In this document: positions 10,420 to 19,410 of the stretch, piece by piece
Numbering within the stretch: the stretch's first letter is position 1
Layout of the letters: the number at the start of each line of letters is the position of its first letter
Assembly (NCBI GenBank): GCA_965223505.1
Contig: CBDCWP010000039.1
Coordinates: 224,001 to 288,000, forward strand
DNA length: 64,000 nt
Source: Planctomycetota bacterium
GTDB lineage: Bacteria; Planctomycetota; PLA2; JAEUHO01
Direction of reading: 5' to 3'
Program-made: the position numbers and the translations under genes
Notes under the pieces: generated by a model
The model's database searches: none
Seen by the model: the letters and a program-made list of their open reading frames with translations, nothing else
Told to the model about the DNA's origin: nothing

Positions 10420-11049
10420 TCAGCCCCTCCGCTTTCGATCTTGCGCTTGACGCCCGTCCGGATGAGTCCAGAACTCACGACAAGACGGAGGCCAGTCCGG
10501 GTCTTCCCGATCGTGGATGGCGCACACCGGGCAGCCTTCCATGACCTGCCGCACTAGGGCAACTTCATCGGGGCTCGTAGGCTGCTTGTATACGATGGCA
10601 GTCAGAGTGGCCGCCTGAAGGGCAAAGAAAGCGGGCGCATCGTCAACACAGCACTCGTGCGTCAGGCACGCTTCCGGGTCTACGTAGAATCGACCCTCGG
10701 CAGCGGGCGCCATCGTGACCTTTGGATCTGCTTGCGACCGCCAGAAGTCCAAAGCACTTCCTCGAAGGTGGACCAGTATCGGATGGCCCGGCTGAGCCAG
10801 GTTCTCCAAGAAGCAGGTGCAGGCTGCTTCGTCCAACTCCCCGTCCTGTCCTCCAATCATCTCATTCAGCACTTCCGCGAGCGCCTTCCACCCCTCAGGC
10901 TGTACCTCCTTCTCCCGGACGAAGTGAGAGCAAGCGGCAAACACCCCGTGGACCGAGTCCGAGTCGAACGGGTTGTCGGTCGAGCGGACGTACGCCTGGA
11001 AGCCCTGCAGCACGGCATCGAGACGGGCGGTGAGGTCATCGGGTGTCAT
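10420..11049 (-). CDS. AACTCFLENL-domain protein fused to a single-cluster ferredoxin-like domain
   Basis: N-terminal half paralogous to the 9015 gene; C-terminal FYVDPEACLTHECCVDDAP...KQP...CPVCAI. Confidence 0.65.
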   Translation of the reverse strand: MTPDDLTARLDAVLQGFQAYVRSTDNPFDSDSVHGVFAACSHFVREKEVQPEGWKALAEVLNEMIGGQDGELDEAACTCFLENLAQPGHPILVHLRGSALDFWRSQADPKVTMAPAAEGRFYVDPEACLTHECCVDDAPAFFALQAATLTAIVYKQPTSPDEVALVRQVMEGCPVCAIHDREDPDWPPSCREFWTHPDGRQAQDRKRRG

Positions 11050-11227
11050 GATCGAGTTCGACGCCAGCCTATCCGGACCGCCTGCGCCCCGCCCGGCGAC
11101 CCGAAGTAGGCGGGGGCTGGCGGGTGCGCTCGTATCTATCGACTTCCCTACCCCTCCGATCCATGATCTGGAACATGCTCTGCGAGGGCCCAGGACCGCA
11201 CCGCCAGAGCACACGGAGACAGGGACG

Positions 11228-11443
11228 GTGACCAACGATGTGAAACGGGCCATCTTGCAGGTGCTGCGCGAGAGCGGGCCAATCGGCTGGTACGGCATCG
11301 AACTTAGGCTGCGGGTTCCACGGTCTGCGTTCGGTGACGGATACACCCTGATGACCTACGTTGAGGAGTTGATCGCGGCCGGATCTGTCGCGCGCGTCAC
11401 CGTCGATGGCGAGGAGCGCTTCGTGGCCGCCGACCAACGCTAG
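11228..11443 (+). CDS. Small hypothetical protein (possible winged helix)
   Basis: AILQVLRESGPIGWYGI...VEELIAAGSV pattern. Confidence 0.45.
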   Translation: MTNDVKRAILQVLRESGPIGWYGIELRLRVPRSAFGDGYTLMTYVEELIAAGSVARVTVDGEERFVAADQR

Positions 11444-11565
11444 TCTGCTGCGGGGTCCGGAGCCGCGAAAGGTCCTTTCACGCTCCAAACTGCGAGGCGC
11501 CAATCTGCAACAAGATTTCCCGGCTCGGTACGCCGTGAGGTGGCGACGGCACGGGCACGGATAGG

Positions 11566-11934
11566 TCACTCTGGCTGTCCCTCCGCCATGAGGGTCTCTA
11601 CGGATTCTCTGACACGCGGCGGCTCGATGTCATAGCCGCGCGCTCGGGCGCCGCTCCAATTGACCCCGACCTTCATGCCATCTTCGTTTAGCCCCGGCAC
11701 CCTCCGATCGCAGAACTCCTGCCACGAAACCTCATACGGCTGGAAGCCTGAATAGGCGGGGACCGTGTCGATGATGCTCTCCACGCGCGAGCGTGAAGAC
11801 CAGAAGGGCTGGGCGCGCGTGCCGTCAGAGGTCCGAGGCGCCGGGAATCCACGCTCGTCCTTCAAGGTCCACAGCACCCGTGTGCGAGCGACTTCGCGGT
11901 AGAACGCCCATGCCTGAGAACCTGCTTGGCTCAT
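11566..11934 (-). CDS. DUF2750-like protein
   Basis: LWTLKDERG..AQPFWSS..W.EF..VPGL..DG..VGVNWSG motifs. Confidence 0.7.
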   Translation of the reverse strand: MSQAGSQAWAFYREVARTRVLWTLKDERGFPAPRTSDGTRAQPFWSSRSRVESIIDTVPAYSGFQPYEVSWQEFCDRRVPGLNEDGMKVGVNWSGARARGYDIEPPRVRESVETLMAEGQPE

Positions 11935-12227
11935 GGCCCACTCGACCCCGGCTCAGTTGCGTGCAGGTACTTGCCATCGACTTCGCCGCCCTTGTACGGG
12001 CCGTCACCGGACCCGTCATCGGTGGGCTCGTCAAACCACACCCAGTAGGTGAGGCTCACCCCCTTGGGCGTGACGAGTGTCCGAGGCTGGCCCTCCTCCC
12101 ACTGTTCACCGGTGAGATTCCTGACCTCCTTGGGCCAATTGGCGACCGTGCCAGTAGTGCCGTCGGGCCACTCGGCGTGCCCGTGGATCGAGACCTTGGT
12201 TCCCGGGGGATGGACGTGATTGCTCAT
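11931..12227 (-). CDS. Hypothetical protein
   Basis: Coupled ORF; YWVWFDEP.DD..GDGPY motif. Confidence 0.55.
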   Translation of the reverse strand: MSNHVHPPGTKVSIHGHAEWPDGTTGTVANWPKEVRNLTGEQWEEGQPRTLVTPKGVSLTYWVWFDEPTDDGSGDGPYKGGEVDGKYLHATEPGSSGP

Positions 12228-12508
12228 GCGAACCCGCCGTAGTCCGGCCTCGACCAAGCCGATGACCCGTACTGTTCGCAAGGTCGAAGCCGGTTCTTGA
12301 CCATCGCTGCCCAACGGGGAGCCTCCCAGAGCACCCAGGAGATCAGGAACCAGAGCGGTACGGCGGCGAGCCAGGGCCACACGGATTCCGGACCGACCAG
12401 CGCAACGGCGGTGCCGGTCATGGCTGCGGCTGCCCCGAACAGGACGAGCGGCATCGGCGTGGAGGACACTCCCCTGACAGCACCGCACTCCCGGCATCGA
12501 GACTGCAT
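12224..12508 (-). CDS. Small membrane protein
   Basis: CRECG N-terminus and two hydrophobic segments; stop overlaps next start. Confidence 0.45.
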   Translation of the reverse strand: MQSRCRECGAVRGVSSTPMPLVLFGAAAAMTGTAVALVGPESVWPWLAAVPLWFLISWVLWEAPRWAAMVKNRLRPCEQYGSSAWSRPDYGGFA

Positions 12509-12588
12509 GCATCCAGGGTACCCAGGCTGGCCTCCACGTGCGCCGTCGCGGCTCGTATCAACCGAAGCGCCATGCCATGCTTGGGGCC

Positions 12589-12789
12589 ATGAAGATCCAC
12601 CGTCACGCTCCCAATGTGTATGTCATCTCGTCGTCCGAGCCCCAGGAGGTGAAGCAGTTCTTCGAGTCGCTCGGGCTCGTGTTTCAGGCTGAGAAGCATG
12701 GTGATGGACCTGAACATGTCGCGTGCGAGCGCAACGGTGTAGTCCTCGAAATCTACCCACTCGCCGCGCCGGAGAAGTCGCCGGAGTAG
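12589..12789 (+). CDS. VOC/glyoxalase-like small protein (possibly a half-domain)
   Basis: FFESLGLVFQAEKHGDGPEHVAC..VVLEIYP. Confidence 0.55.
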   Translation: MKIHRHAPNVYVISSSEPQEVKQFFESLGLVFQAEKHGDGPEHVACERNGVVLEIYPLAAPEKSPE

Positions 12790-12790
12790 T

Positions 12791-13390
12791 CTACGGCCAC
12801 TCGACGAGTCGCTCGGACGGGCCCTCAAGTTCGAGCCACAACCCAGGATGTGACTCGCCTGGATCACACCGGACGACACAATCGAGTTCCGCCGCAGCCG
12901 AACGAGCACAGTCTGCGTCCGTGTCCCACGGACGATGCACCGTGTTGAACCAAACGCTCAGCCAGGGACCATCTTCGATCTTGGGTGTGAGGATGATTGC
13001 GCCTGTTGAAGGGTAGAGCGCGACCGCTCCGTCGATGTCCTTGGGGCCATCGAGGGCTCCGGTGGCGGAGGACTTCACCCACTTGATGGCTCGTTCGATC
13101 GCGCAGTTACGCAGGTAGACCTCAACGTCATCCTGCCGTGCGGGATGCTCTGTCGTCTCGGCCCTGGGAGACTCCTGCTCTGGGGGCAAGACCTCCAAGT
13201 CAGCCCTCTGCACGATCTGCTCAACGTAGAGACCGTGCTCGGATCCGTCAGGCTTGTGAAACTCGACCTCGACGTGCTGCGGGTCATCGTCGAAAAGGTC
13301 CAGCACCCGTCCCACAGCGCCACGACGCAATCCCGCCTCAGGCATGTCCACACGCAGTCGCACAGGCTGGAAGAGTTGCACGATTGCCAT
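12791..13390 (-). CDS. DUF4926-like domain fused to a second small domain
   Basis: VRL..DMPEAGLRRGAVGRVL....VEVEF N-terminus; C-terminal WLSVWFN..PWDTDADCAR module. Confidence 0.6.
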   Translation of the reverse strand: MAIVQLFQPVRLRVDMPEAGLRRGAVGRVLDLFDDDPQHVEVEFHKPDGSEHGLYVEQIVQRADLEVLPPEQESPRAETTEHPARQDDVEVYLRNCAIERAIKWVKSSATGALDGPKDIDGAVALYPSTGAIILTPKIEDGPWLSVWFNTVHRPWDTDADCARSAAAELDCVVRCDPGESHPGLWLELEGPSERLVEWP

Positions 13391-13601
13391 CTTCGGAGAA
13401 GCGGCCAGCGCCCGCCAGCGCGAAGGGGCTCGGAGCAACCTCCGTGAATCGTCGGCATCGATCGCGTGGCCGCGTCCATGTACCTACCACGCTTCCTATC
13501 CAGAACGGTGCCCGCCGGATGCACACGGCTGCCGCTCGTTTCCGGTCCGGCCCGTGGGCGCTCGGAGACCCGATCTCCCCGAAACGGCCCGCAGACATGG
13601 A

Positions 13602-13635
13602 GAGAGCCCGGAAGAACGGTGTCTCCCGGGCTCTC
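13602..13635. terminator. GC-rich hairpin next to the att copy
   Basis: GAGAGCCCGG...CCGGGCTCTC inverted repeat just downstream (minus strand) of the duplicated tRNA 3' end; no clear U-tract. Confidence 0.4.
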
Positions 13636-13638
13636 AAG

Positions 13639-13681
<43 letters not shown>

Positions 13682-13932
13682 CTCCACGGTCTGATCCCTA
13701 CGCGCCTGTCTCGCTAGACAGTGGATGCTATCACCCTCCGATTGGGCACCACCACCACCTCCCGCCGCCGCGCCCTCCAACGAGGACAACGGTGAATTGG
13801 AGAGGGTAGGCCGAGCCCCAGACAACGAACCCGGCGCTAGTTCCTGAGGCTTCGAGCCGCTGTCCGGCCTGCCGCCTAGACTCCGCTACCGCGCCCACCC
13901 TTCCCGGTGCTCGCGCCACCTGGAGGGCCAAA

Positions 13933-14748
13933 GTGGCGCCTACACAGTTCCCGACCGCCGAGCTTCAGGGGATCGCCAATGCGATGCAGGAGTTCGAGGC
14001 TGGCGCTTCCGTTGCAAACACCGGCACGGGCAGCCGCCGCGAGGGGAACCAGTTTGAGAAACTCGTCGGTGAGCTTTGGACCGAAGCGGCCACCTACCTC
14101 ATCGCCAAGGGCGCCACGCCAACCAACGTCACGGGGCCGAAGGGCCACCGCTGGACGAAGCTGGAGTACGAGAGCAGGACGCTCTACCTCCCATCAGTCG
14201 ATGCGATCCCAATGGTCTCCAACCTGACGGAAGAGCGCTGGCTGGGCCTCACCTATATGGTCAGCGATCTCATCGCAGCCTTCCCGGGGGAGGCCGAGGC
14301 CATCGAGCGATACGGTCCCGACATAGGCCCCTTCCAAGGCGAGGACTACCCCAAGATGTACGGCAAACGGTCAACGAGGTTTGACGACGCCATCGTCTTG
14401 GAAGATGACGGAGTGCTCAAGGAGAAGATCCTCCTTGAATACAAGACGGCCAAGAGCACAAGCAAGCGAGCCATCGACGGCAACGCGCACGAACGCCTCT
14501 CATTCCAGGTCCTTCAATACCTCGAAATCGCTACGCGCTACACTTGCTGCACGATGGCGGTGCTCGCCAATGCAGCCTTCGTCAAGTACCTCAACAAGTA
14601 CCACGTCAGCTTCCACGTCCAGGCAGATCGGCTAGCCAACTTCAAGTGGTTCACGATGCAGCATGCCTGCACCGCGTTGGAATACGCGGGATTCGTCAAC
14701 GGCCTCTTTGACTGGTTGCTCACGGGACGCGAAAGGGAGACCAAGTAG
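13933..14748 (+). CDS. Putative type II restriction endonuclease (PD-(D/E)XK-like)
   Basis: EGNQFE...RFDDAIV...LLEYKTAK...GNAHER motifs; directly upstream of an adenine MTase. Confidence 0.6.
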   Translation: MAPTQFPTAELQGIANAMQEFEAGASVANTGTGSRREGNQFEKLVGELWTEAATYLIAKGATPTNVTGPKGHRWTKLEYESRTLYLPSVDAIPMVSNLTEERWLGLTYMVSDLIAAFPGEAEAIERYGPDIGPFQGEDYPKMYGKRSTRFDDAIVLEDDGVLKEKILLEYKTAKSTSKRAIDGNAHERLSFQVLQYLEIATRYTCCTMAVLANAAFVKYLNKYHVSFHVQADRLANFKWFTMQHACTALEYAGFVNGLFDWLLTGRERETK

Positions 14749-14749
14749 A

Positions 14750-15928
14750 GTGCCCGTCAAGTACATCGGTTCCAAGCGCAAGCTCATCCCCGTCATCCTT
14801 CAAACAATCCGCGAGCTAGGTAGAGACTGCACGGTCCTCGATCTCTTCTCCGGCACGGCGCGCGTCGGCCACGCCCTCAAACGCGAGGGCTACCGCGTCA
14901 TCTCCAACGACTATCTTGCCAGCGGGAAGACCATTGCCGAGTGCTACGTCCAGGCGGATGCGGAAGACTGGCTGCGCCAAGCGGAGATGCTCGTCAACGA
15001 GTTCAACGCCATCAAGGGGGAGCCGGGCTACTTCACCGACACCTTCTGCGTGCAGAGCCGCTACTTCCAGCCCAAGAACGGTGAGCGCGTCGATGCCATC
15101 CGCGAAGAGATTGAGCGCAAGGACTTGGAGCCCGAGCTGAAGGCCATCATGCTCGTTTCACTCATGGAGGCGGCCGACCGCATCGACTCCACCACGGGCG
15201 TCCAGATGGCGTACCTCAAGAAGTGGGCCGCCCGCGCCCACAACGATCTGGAACTCCGAGTGCCGGACATCCTCCCGCGCGCCCGAGGCGGCAAAGGCGA
15301 GGCGCACCAGACTGACGCCCACACTGGCGCCGGGAACTTTGAAGCCGACATTGCGTATCTCGATCCGCCGTACAACCAGCACAGCTATCTGGGCAACTAC
15401 CACATCTGGGAGTCGCTCGTCATGTGGGACAAGCCAGAGTTCTACGGCATCGCCTGCAAGCGGATGGACTGCCGGGAGCGAAAGAGCGCGTTCAACTTCA
15501 AGCGGAAGTTCTACGAGGCATGGAGCAGGGTTGTCCGCGAGGTGAAGGCGAAGCACCTTGTTATCTCGTTCAACAACGAGGGCTACATCAAGCGCGAAGC
15601 GATGGAGAGGCTCCTCTCCCGTCGCGGCGAAGTCTTGGTCATCGAGAACGACTACAAGCGCTACGTCGGTGCGCAAATCGGCATCCACAACCTCAAGGGC
15701 GAGCGCGTTGGCGAGGTGAGCCACCTTCGCAACAAGGAGTACATCTACGTCGTCAGCCCCGAGCGCGCCATCAGGGAGACGGAAGCGCAGACTAACGGGA
15801 CGCCCGTGCCGGACGCGACCCCTGAGCCCGACCCGAAGCCGAAACCCTCCCGCGTCTGCGAACACCTGCCCGAGCGCAAGCCCACCGGGCTCCCGGTCAA
15901 AGGGAAGCAGCTAGACCTGTTTTCGTAG
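14750..15928 (+). CDS. DNA adenine methyltransferase (Dam/FokI-like alpha class)
   Basis: KYIGSKRKL, LDLFSGTARV (motif I), AYLDPPYN (motif IV), VISFNNEG. Confidence 0.9.
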   Translation: MPVKYIGSKRKLIPVILQTIRELGRDCTVLDLFSGTARVGHALKREGYRVISNDYLASGKTIAECYVQADAEDWLRQAEMLVNEFNAIKGEPGYFTDTFCVQSRYFQPKNGERVDAIREEIERKDLEPELKAIMLVSLMEAADRIDSTTGVQMAYLKKWAARAHNDLELRVPDILPRARGGKGEAHQTDAHTGAGNFEADIAYLDPPYNQHSYLGNYHIWESLVMWDKPEFYGIACKRMDCRERKSAFNFKRKFYEAWSRVVREVKAKHLVISFNNEGYIKREAMERLLSRRGEVLVIENDYKRYVGAQIGIHNLKGERVGEVSHLRNKEYIYVVSPERAIRETEAQTNGTPVPDATPEPDPKPKPSRVCEHLPERKPTGLPVKGKQLDLFS

Positions 15929-16096
15929 CAGGCTCGCCATTCCGCCCGAAGAGGTCGAAGACGCATCGGAAGTGCAAGTGCTCAGCGCGGGTCTGGGCCA
16001 TGCTGTTTCCCCGCGCAACCTGGATAGGTGCAAGCGAGGCATCATATACCAGCGAGCAGAGTGGCCCGTGGGGCCAAGCGATTGCAAGGCATTGGC

Positions 16097-18250
16097 CTAG
16101 GTGGCAACCACCCAGGTCGTGAAGCGCCCGGCGACGCTGGCAGACGGCCTCTTGTCTGTGTCCCAGCCGTTCTCGCCAAAGATCGATGTCATGGCTTGCG
16201 GCACGAGCCTATAGGCGACGTCATCTCGGTCCTCCATGACGTCGGGCAACTCCTCCTTGATCCTCTCCAAGACGCCGCGCCACGGGACCCCTCGCTCCCT
16301 GATCCGCTCGATGAATGCTTCATCTTCCTGAACTGCGCGAATTGCGGCTGACTGATAGGTGGCAAGTGCGTCTTCGGGTTCATCGGCATCGGCGAACGGG
16401 TCTTCGTCGGGCTCAGCGCTAGGGGGCTCCGCAGGTTCCACAGGTTCCCCGGACACCTGAGGCACTGGCGCCTCGGCTGGAGCAGGGGCTGACCGCTTCG
16501 AGGCGAGTGCGCTCGCGAACCTCTGTTCGAGCTTTACCGCAGCGGTCTCGACAGCGCCCATCTCGTAGTTCGGGTCTCGTGTTTCGTAGAGGCCCTCGAA
16601 CAGCATCACCCTAAGAGGAATCGGATAGCTCTTCCCTCCCACGCTGCTCCAGAAGACGCCATGTCCTGGAATCGGCTCGTTCAGAAGCGAAGACAGTATG
16701 TCGTTGCTGAAGTGCGCATTTGCCTTCCGAACCGCTTGAAGATCACCGGCTGACAGCAGATGGAAGATGAACCAGTTGTCCCCCTGGCTCAGGATTTCGT
16801 GCGTAATCGCGCCCGGCTGCTGGGTGATCAACACTGCTCCTAGGTCGTACTTGCGTCCCTCCTTGACCCACTCTACGTATGGCCCCTCGCCAGAGCTTCC
16901 GCGCGATCCCAAGACCGACTGCGCCTCCTCCACGACAGCGATCACCGGCACAGTCTGGGGATCCGCCTTCGTGAATTCTTGCTGGTTTCGATCGAAGATC
17001 CGGCGCAGGATCAAGCCAGACAGCACAAGGGCTGGAGTCCCGCGCATTTGAGAGACATCGACGATGCAGATGCAGCCCTGTGCTAGGGCCGCGAAGAGCA
17101 TGTCGATCAACTGGCTGCTTGGATCGTGGAGCATTCGCACGACAGTTGTCATGTTGGCTCTCGCCGCGACCATTTCCGCGTCTTGACCATCCTCCAAGCG
17201 CATGAGGCGCCTGACAGTGTTCCCGTCAGCACCATTGCCGTCGCGATGTATGAGATCTACTAGCTCCTTCCAATCCGCGTCGTTCAGCCCTTTCAACTTC
17301 CGGACGTTCTGCTGCTCCTGTTTTTCGGGCGTGAGTGCGATGGAGAGCACATCACTGGGACGGAGTCGGCGGATGTCCAGTCGGATGTCGCCAGCAACGA
17401 ACGACTGGTAGAACGGACTAGGTCCACTCTTTGGAGTGAAGACTACTACTCGGTCCTCCAGCGCCGGAACGTCACAGAGCCCCGGCCGGTTCTTGTCGTC
17501 CGGCCAGAAGTACTCCCCATCCGGATCGAAGATCAAGGTCCCGACGGGTACCTCCCGCCCTCCACGTTTGGGAACCGTCGGCGTATCCGCGTAGAGGTCA
17601 GCGAACAGCAGCTTGACGAGATTCGACTTGCCGAAGCCTGCGCGCGCAAACACGAGTGTGCGACGGGCCACGAGGTGCGACACTTCGAATCGGGGAACGA
17701 CGCAAGGTGCCTTGATCTGCATCCAAGGCTGCGACTCGAATCGCGAATCGCCCGATGCGTAGACGAACTCGCCCAGCGCAAGGTGTCCAAGCTCGGCGGC
17801 ACCGGCTGAGTTGTGACCAGCTACTTCTTGCAGCACGTCGTCCGGAAGGAAGCCAACCTTGCTGCCGACGTGCGGCAACCGACGATGCGATGCCGCAAAG
17901 ATCAGGTTGCCGTTCTCCACGCGCAGGACACCGAGAACTCGCATGTTGATCCGGTACTTGAGGTACTGCTCGCGTAGATCCTCCGGTACGACGCGCTCCT
18001 CTGAGACGGCCCGAATCCCGTAGTCCTCTCCAGCGGGAGATGCGAGTCGGCCTTGGGACGCGATCGAAGTGATGCGTCCCAGCACAGCCTCCTCATCGTG
18101 CTCCAACTGGACAAGAAGGAACTGCCCGTGCATCGGGATGCTCTGGAATTCGCTCCGATACGGCAGAATGAGGTCAGCGTGAAACTCCATGCCTCCTTCG
18201 CTGAATCCCCTGAAGATCCCGACGGTCGTCGCACGGGTAAATAGATTCAC
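16097..18250 (-). CDS. HerA/FtsK-like ATPase (DUF87 type)
   Basis: N-terminal barrel; Walker A variant ARAGFGKS; IFDPDGEY; Walker B AVVEEAQ; EGRKY; ITQQP. Confidence 0.85.
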   Translation of the reverse strand: MNLFTRATTVGIFRGFSEGGMEFHADLILPYRSEFQSIPMHGQFLLVQLEHDEEAVLGRITSIASQGRLASPAGEDYGIRAVSEERVVPEDLREQYLKYRINMRVLGVLRVENGNLIFAASHRRLPHVGSKVGFLPDDVLQEVAGHNSAGAAELGHLALGEFVYASGDSRFESQPWMQIKAPCVVPRFEVSHLVARRTLVFARAGFGKSNLVKLLFADLYADTPTVPKRGGREVPVGTLIFDPDGEYFWPDDKNRPGLCDVPALEDRVVVFTPKSGPSPFYQSFVAGDIRLDIRRLRPSDVLSIALTPEKQEQQNVRKLKGLNDADWKELVDLIHRDGNGADGNTVRRLMRLEDGQDAEMVAARANMTTVVRMLHDPSSQLIDMLFAALAQGCICIVDVSQMRGTPALVLSGLILRRIFDRNQQEFTKADPQTVPVIAVVEEAQSVLGSRGSSGEGPYVEWVKEGRKYDLGAVLITQQPGAITHEILSQGDNWFIFHLLSAGDLQAVRKANAHFSNDILSSLLNEPIPGHGVFWSSVGGKSYPIPLRVMLFEGLYETRDPNYEMGAVETAAVKLEQRFASALASKRSAPAPAEAPVPQVSGEPVEPAEPPSAEPDEDPFADADEPEDALATYQSAAIRAVQEDEAFIERIRERGVPWRGVLERIKEELPDVMEDRDDVAYRLVPQAMTSIFGENGWDTDKRPSASVAGRFTTWVVAT

Positions 18251-19410
18251 GAGTACCTCCGCCCCGACACATCGCTCTTCAACTGAATGCCCTCGAAGAG
18301 TTCGCGCTCCTCATCGCCGAGGAGACTGCGGACGGCGCCAGACACTTCGTCCTGGAGTATGTCGAGGTCGAAGTCCACCACCTCTGCGTGCTCGTGTGCC
18401 TTCTGAAGGCATCGCGGGTAGAGCGGAACTGGAAACCCGTCCGTGGCATCCGCCAGCAGATAGGCGAACACCTCGGCGGCGCTGCCCGACTGGCTACTCA
18501 GGAGATCGACGGGCCAGATCGGATCGCCATCGCGTTCACCAAACCTCACGAGGTACATATCCCCTGCCACGAACTTTGGCGCTTCTCCCGCCGCCCCTTC
18601 TTCTTCGCTGCCGCGAGCGTACTCGGGCCAGACGTACGCCTTCGCCTCGATCGCACGCGGGACGCGCACGTACCGAGGGGATCCCGCTGCAAGCACCTTC
18701 TCCAGGGCCAGAGCCAAGCCGTACCGCACCAGCACCTTGCTGTGTTTGGCCAAGCCGACAAGGAACACGCGCCGCCTGTGGTCTGCGTGAATCCGCTCGA
18801 TGGCAGATTCGATTCGGCGCCGGAAGTCGATGAACAACTCTCCTCGGAATACTTTGCTCCGCAACAGCCCGTCCCGGACCATGAGGGTGTCGGTCGCAAA
18901 CTCGCGGTAGCAGATCCGCTCGTAGAGTGCCGCCCACTCACACAGGTCACGGTAGACGAGCACCCACGATGGCGAGATTGAGTGCGGCTCTTCCCGCACC
19001 CGCCTGCCTGAGGGGATCATGTGGCTGAGCCGCGTGAGGGTCCTCGGCTCGCTCAAGAGATCAGCCATGAGCGTGCCCAGAGCGGTCTGGGGTTCCCCAT
19101 GTTCATCAAACTGGGCGCGGCTCAGCGCATCCGTATCCGTGGTCGGCGTGACGGCGTCGAGGCACAACTGCTCACCGTACGAATCGACGACTCTCACGAG
19201 TTGCACGTGAAAGGGATCGAACACCAGTTTGTTGTTTCCGCCGTCGCTTGCAACAAGCGACACAGATGTCGTCGTTCGAGGTCGGATAGTGCGAGCTTCT
19301 GGCCGCAATACGCGAACGTCCGCCCGAAGCTCATCGAGAATCCGCCTGTCCCTAACTGTGGCGTTGCGAATCGCCGCGCGCAGGCCAGGAAGTTCGGCAG
19401 GGTCAAACAT
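18247..19410 (-). CDS. NurA-like nuclease
   Basis: VASDGG, MVRDGLL, GLAKHS, YPRCLQKAH motifs; coupled to HerA. Confidence 0.7.
   Translation of the reverse strand: MFDPAELPGLRAAIRNATVRDRRILDELRADVRVLRPEARTIRPRTTTSVSLVASDGGNNKLVFDPFHVQLVRVVDSYGEQLCLDAVTPTTDTDALSRAQFDEHGEPQTALGTLMADLLSEPRTLTRLSHMIPSGRRVREEPHSISPSWVLVYRDLCEWAALYERICYREFATDTLMVRDGLLRSKVFRGELFIDFRRRIESAIERIHADHRRRVFLVGLAKHSKVLVRYGLALALEKVLAAGSPRYVRVPRAIEAKAYVWPEYARGSEEEGAAGEAPKFVAGDMYLVRFGERDGDPIWPVDLLSSQSGSAAEVFAYLLADATDGFPVPLYPRCLQKAHEHAEVVDFDLDILQDEVSGAVRSLLGDEERELFEGIQLKSDVSGRRYS

Noticed and set aside
4665..13390. Integron cassette array
   Set aside because: Many genes overlap or abut, I found no recurring attC-like palindromes, and neither integrase looks like IntI
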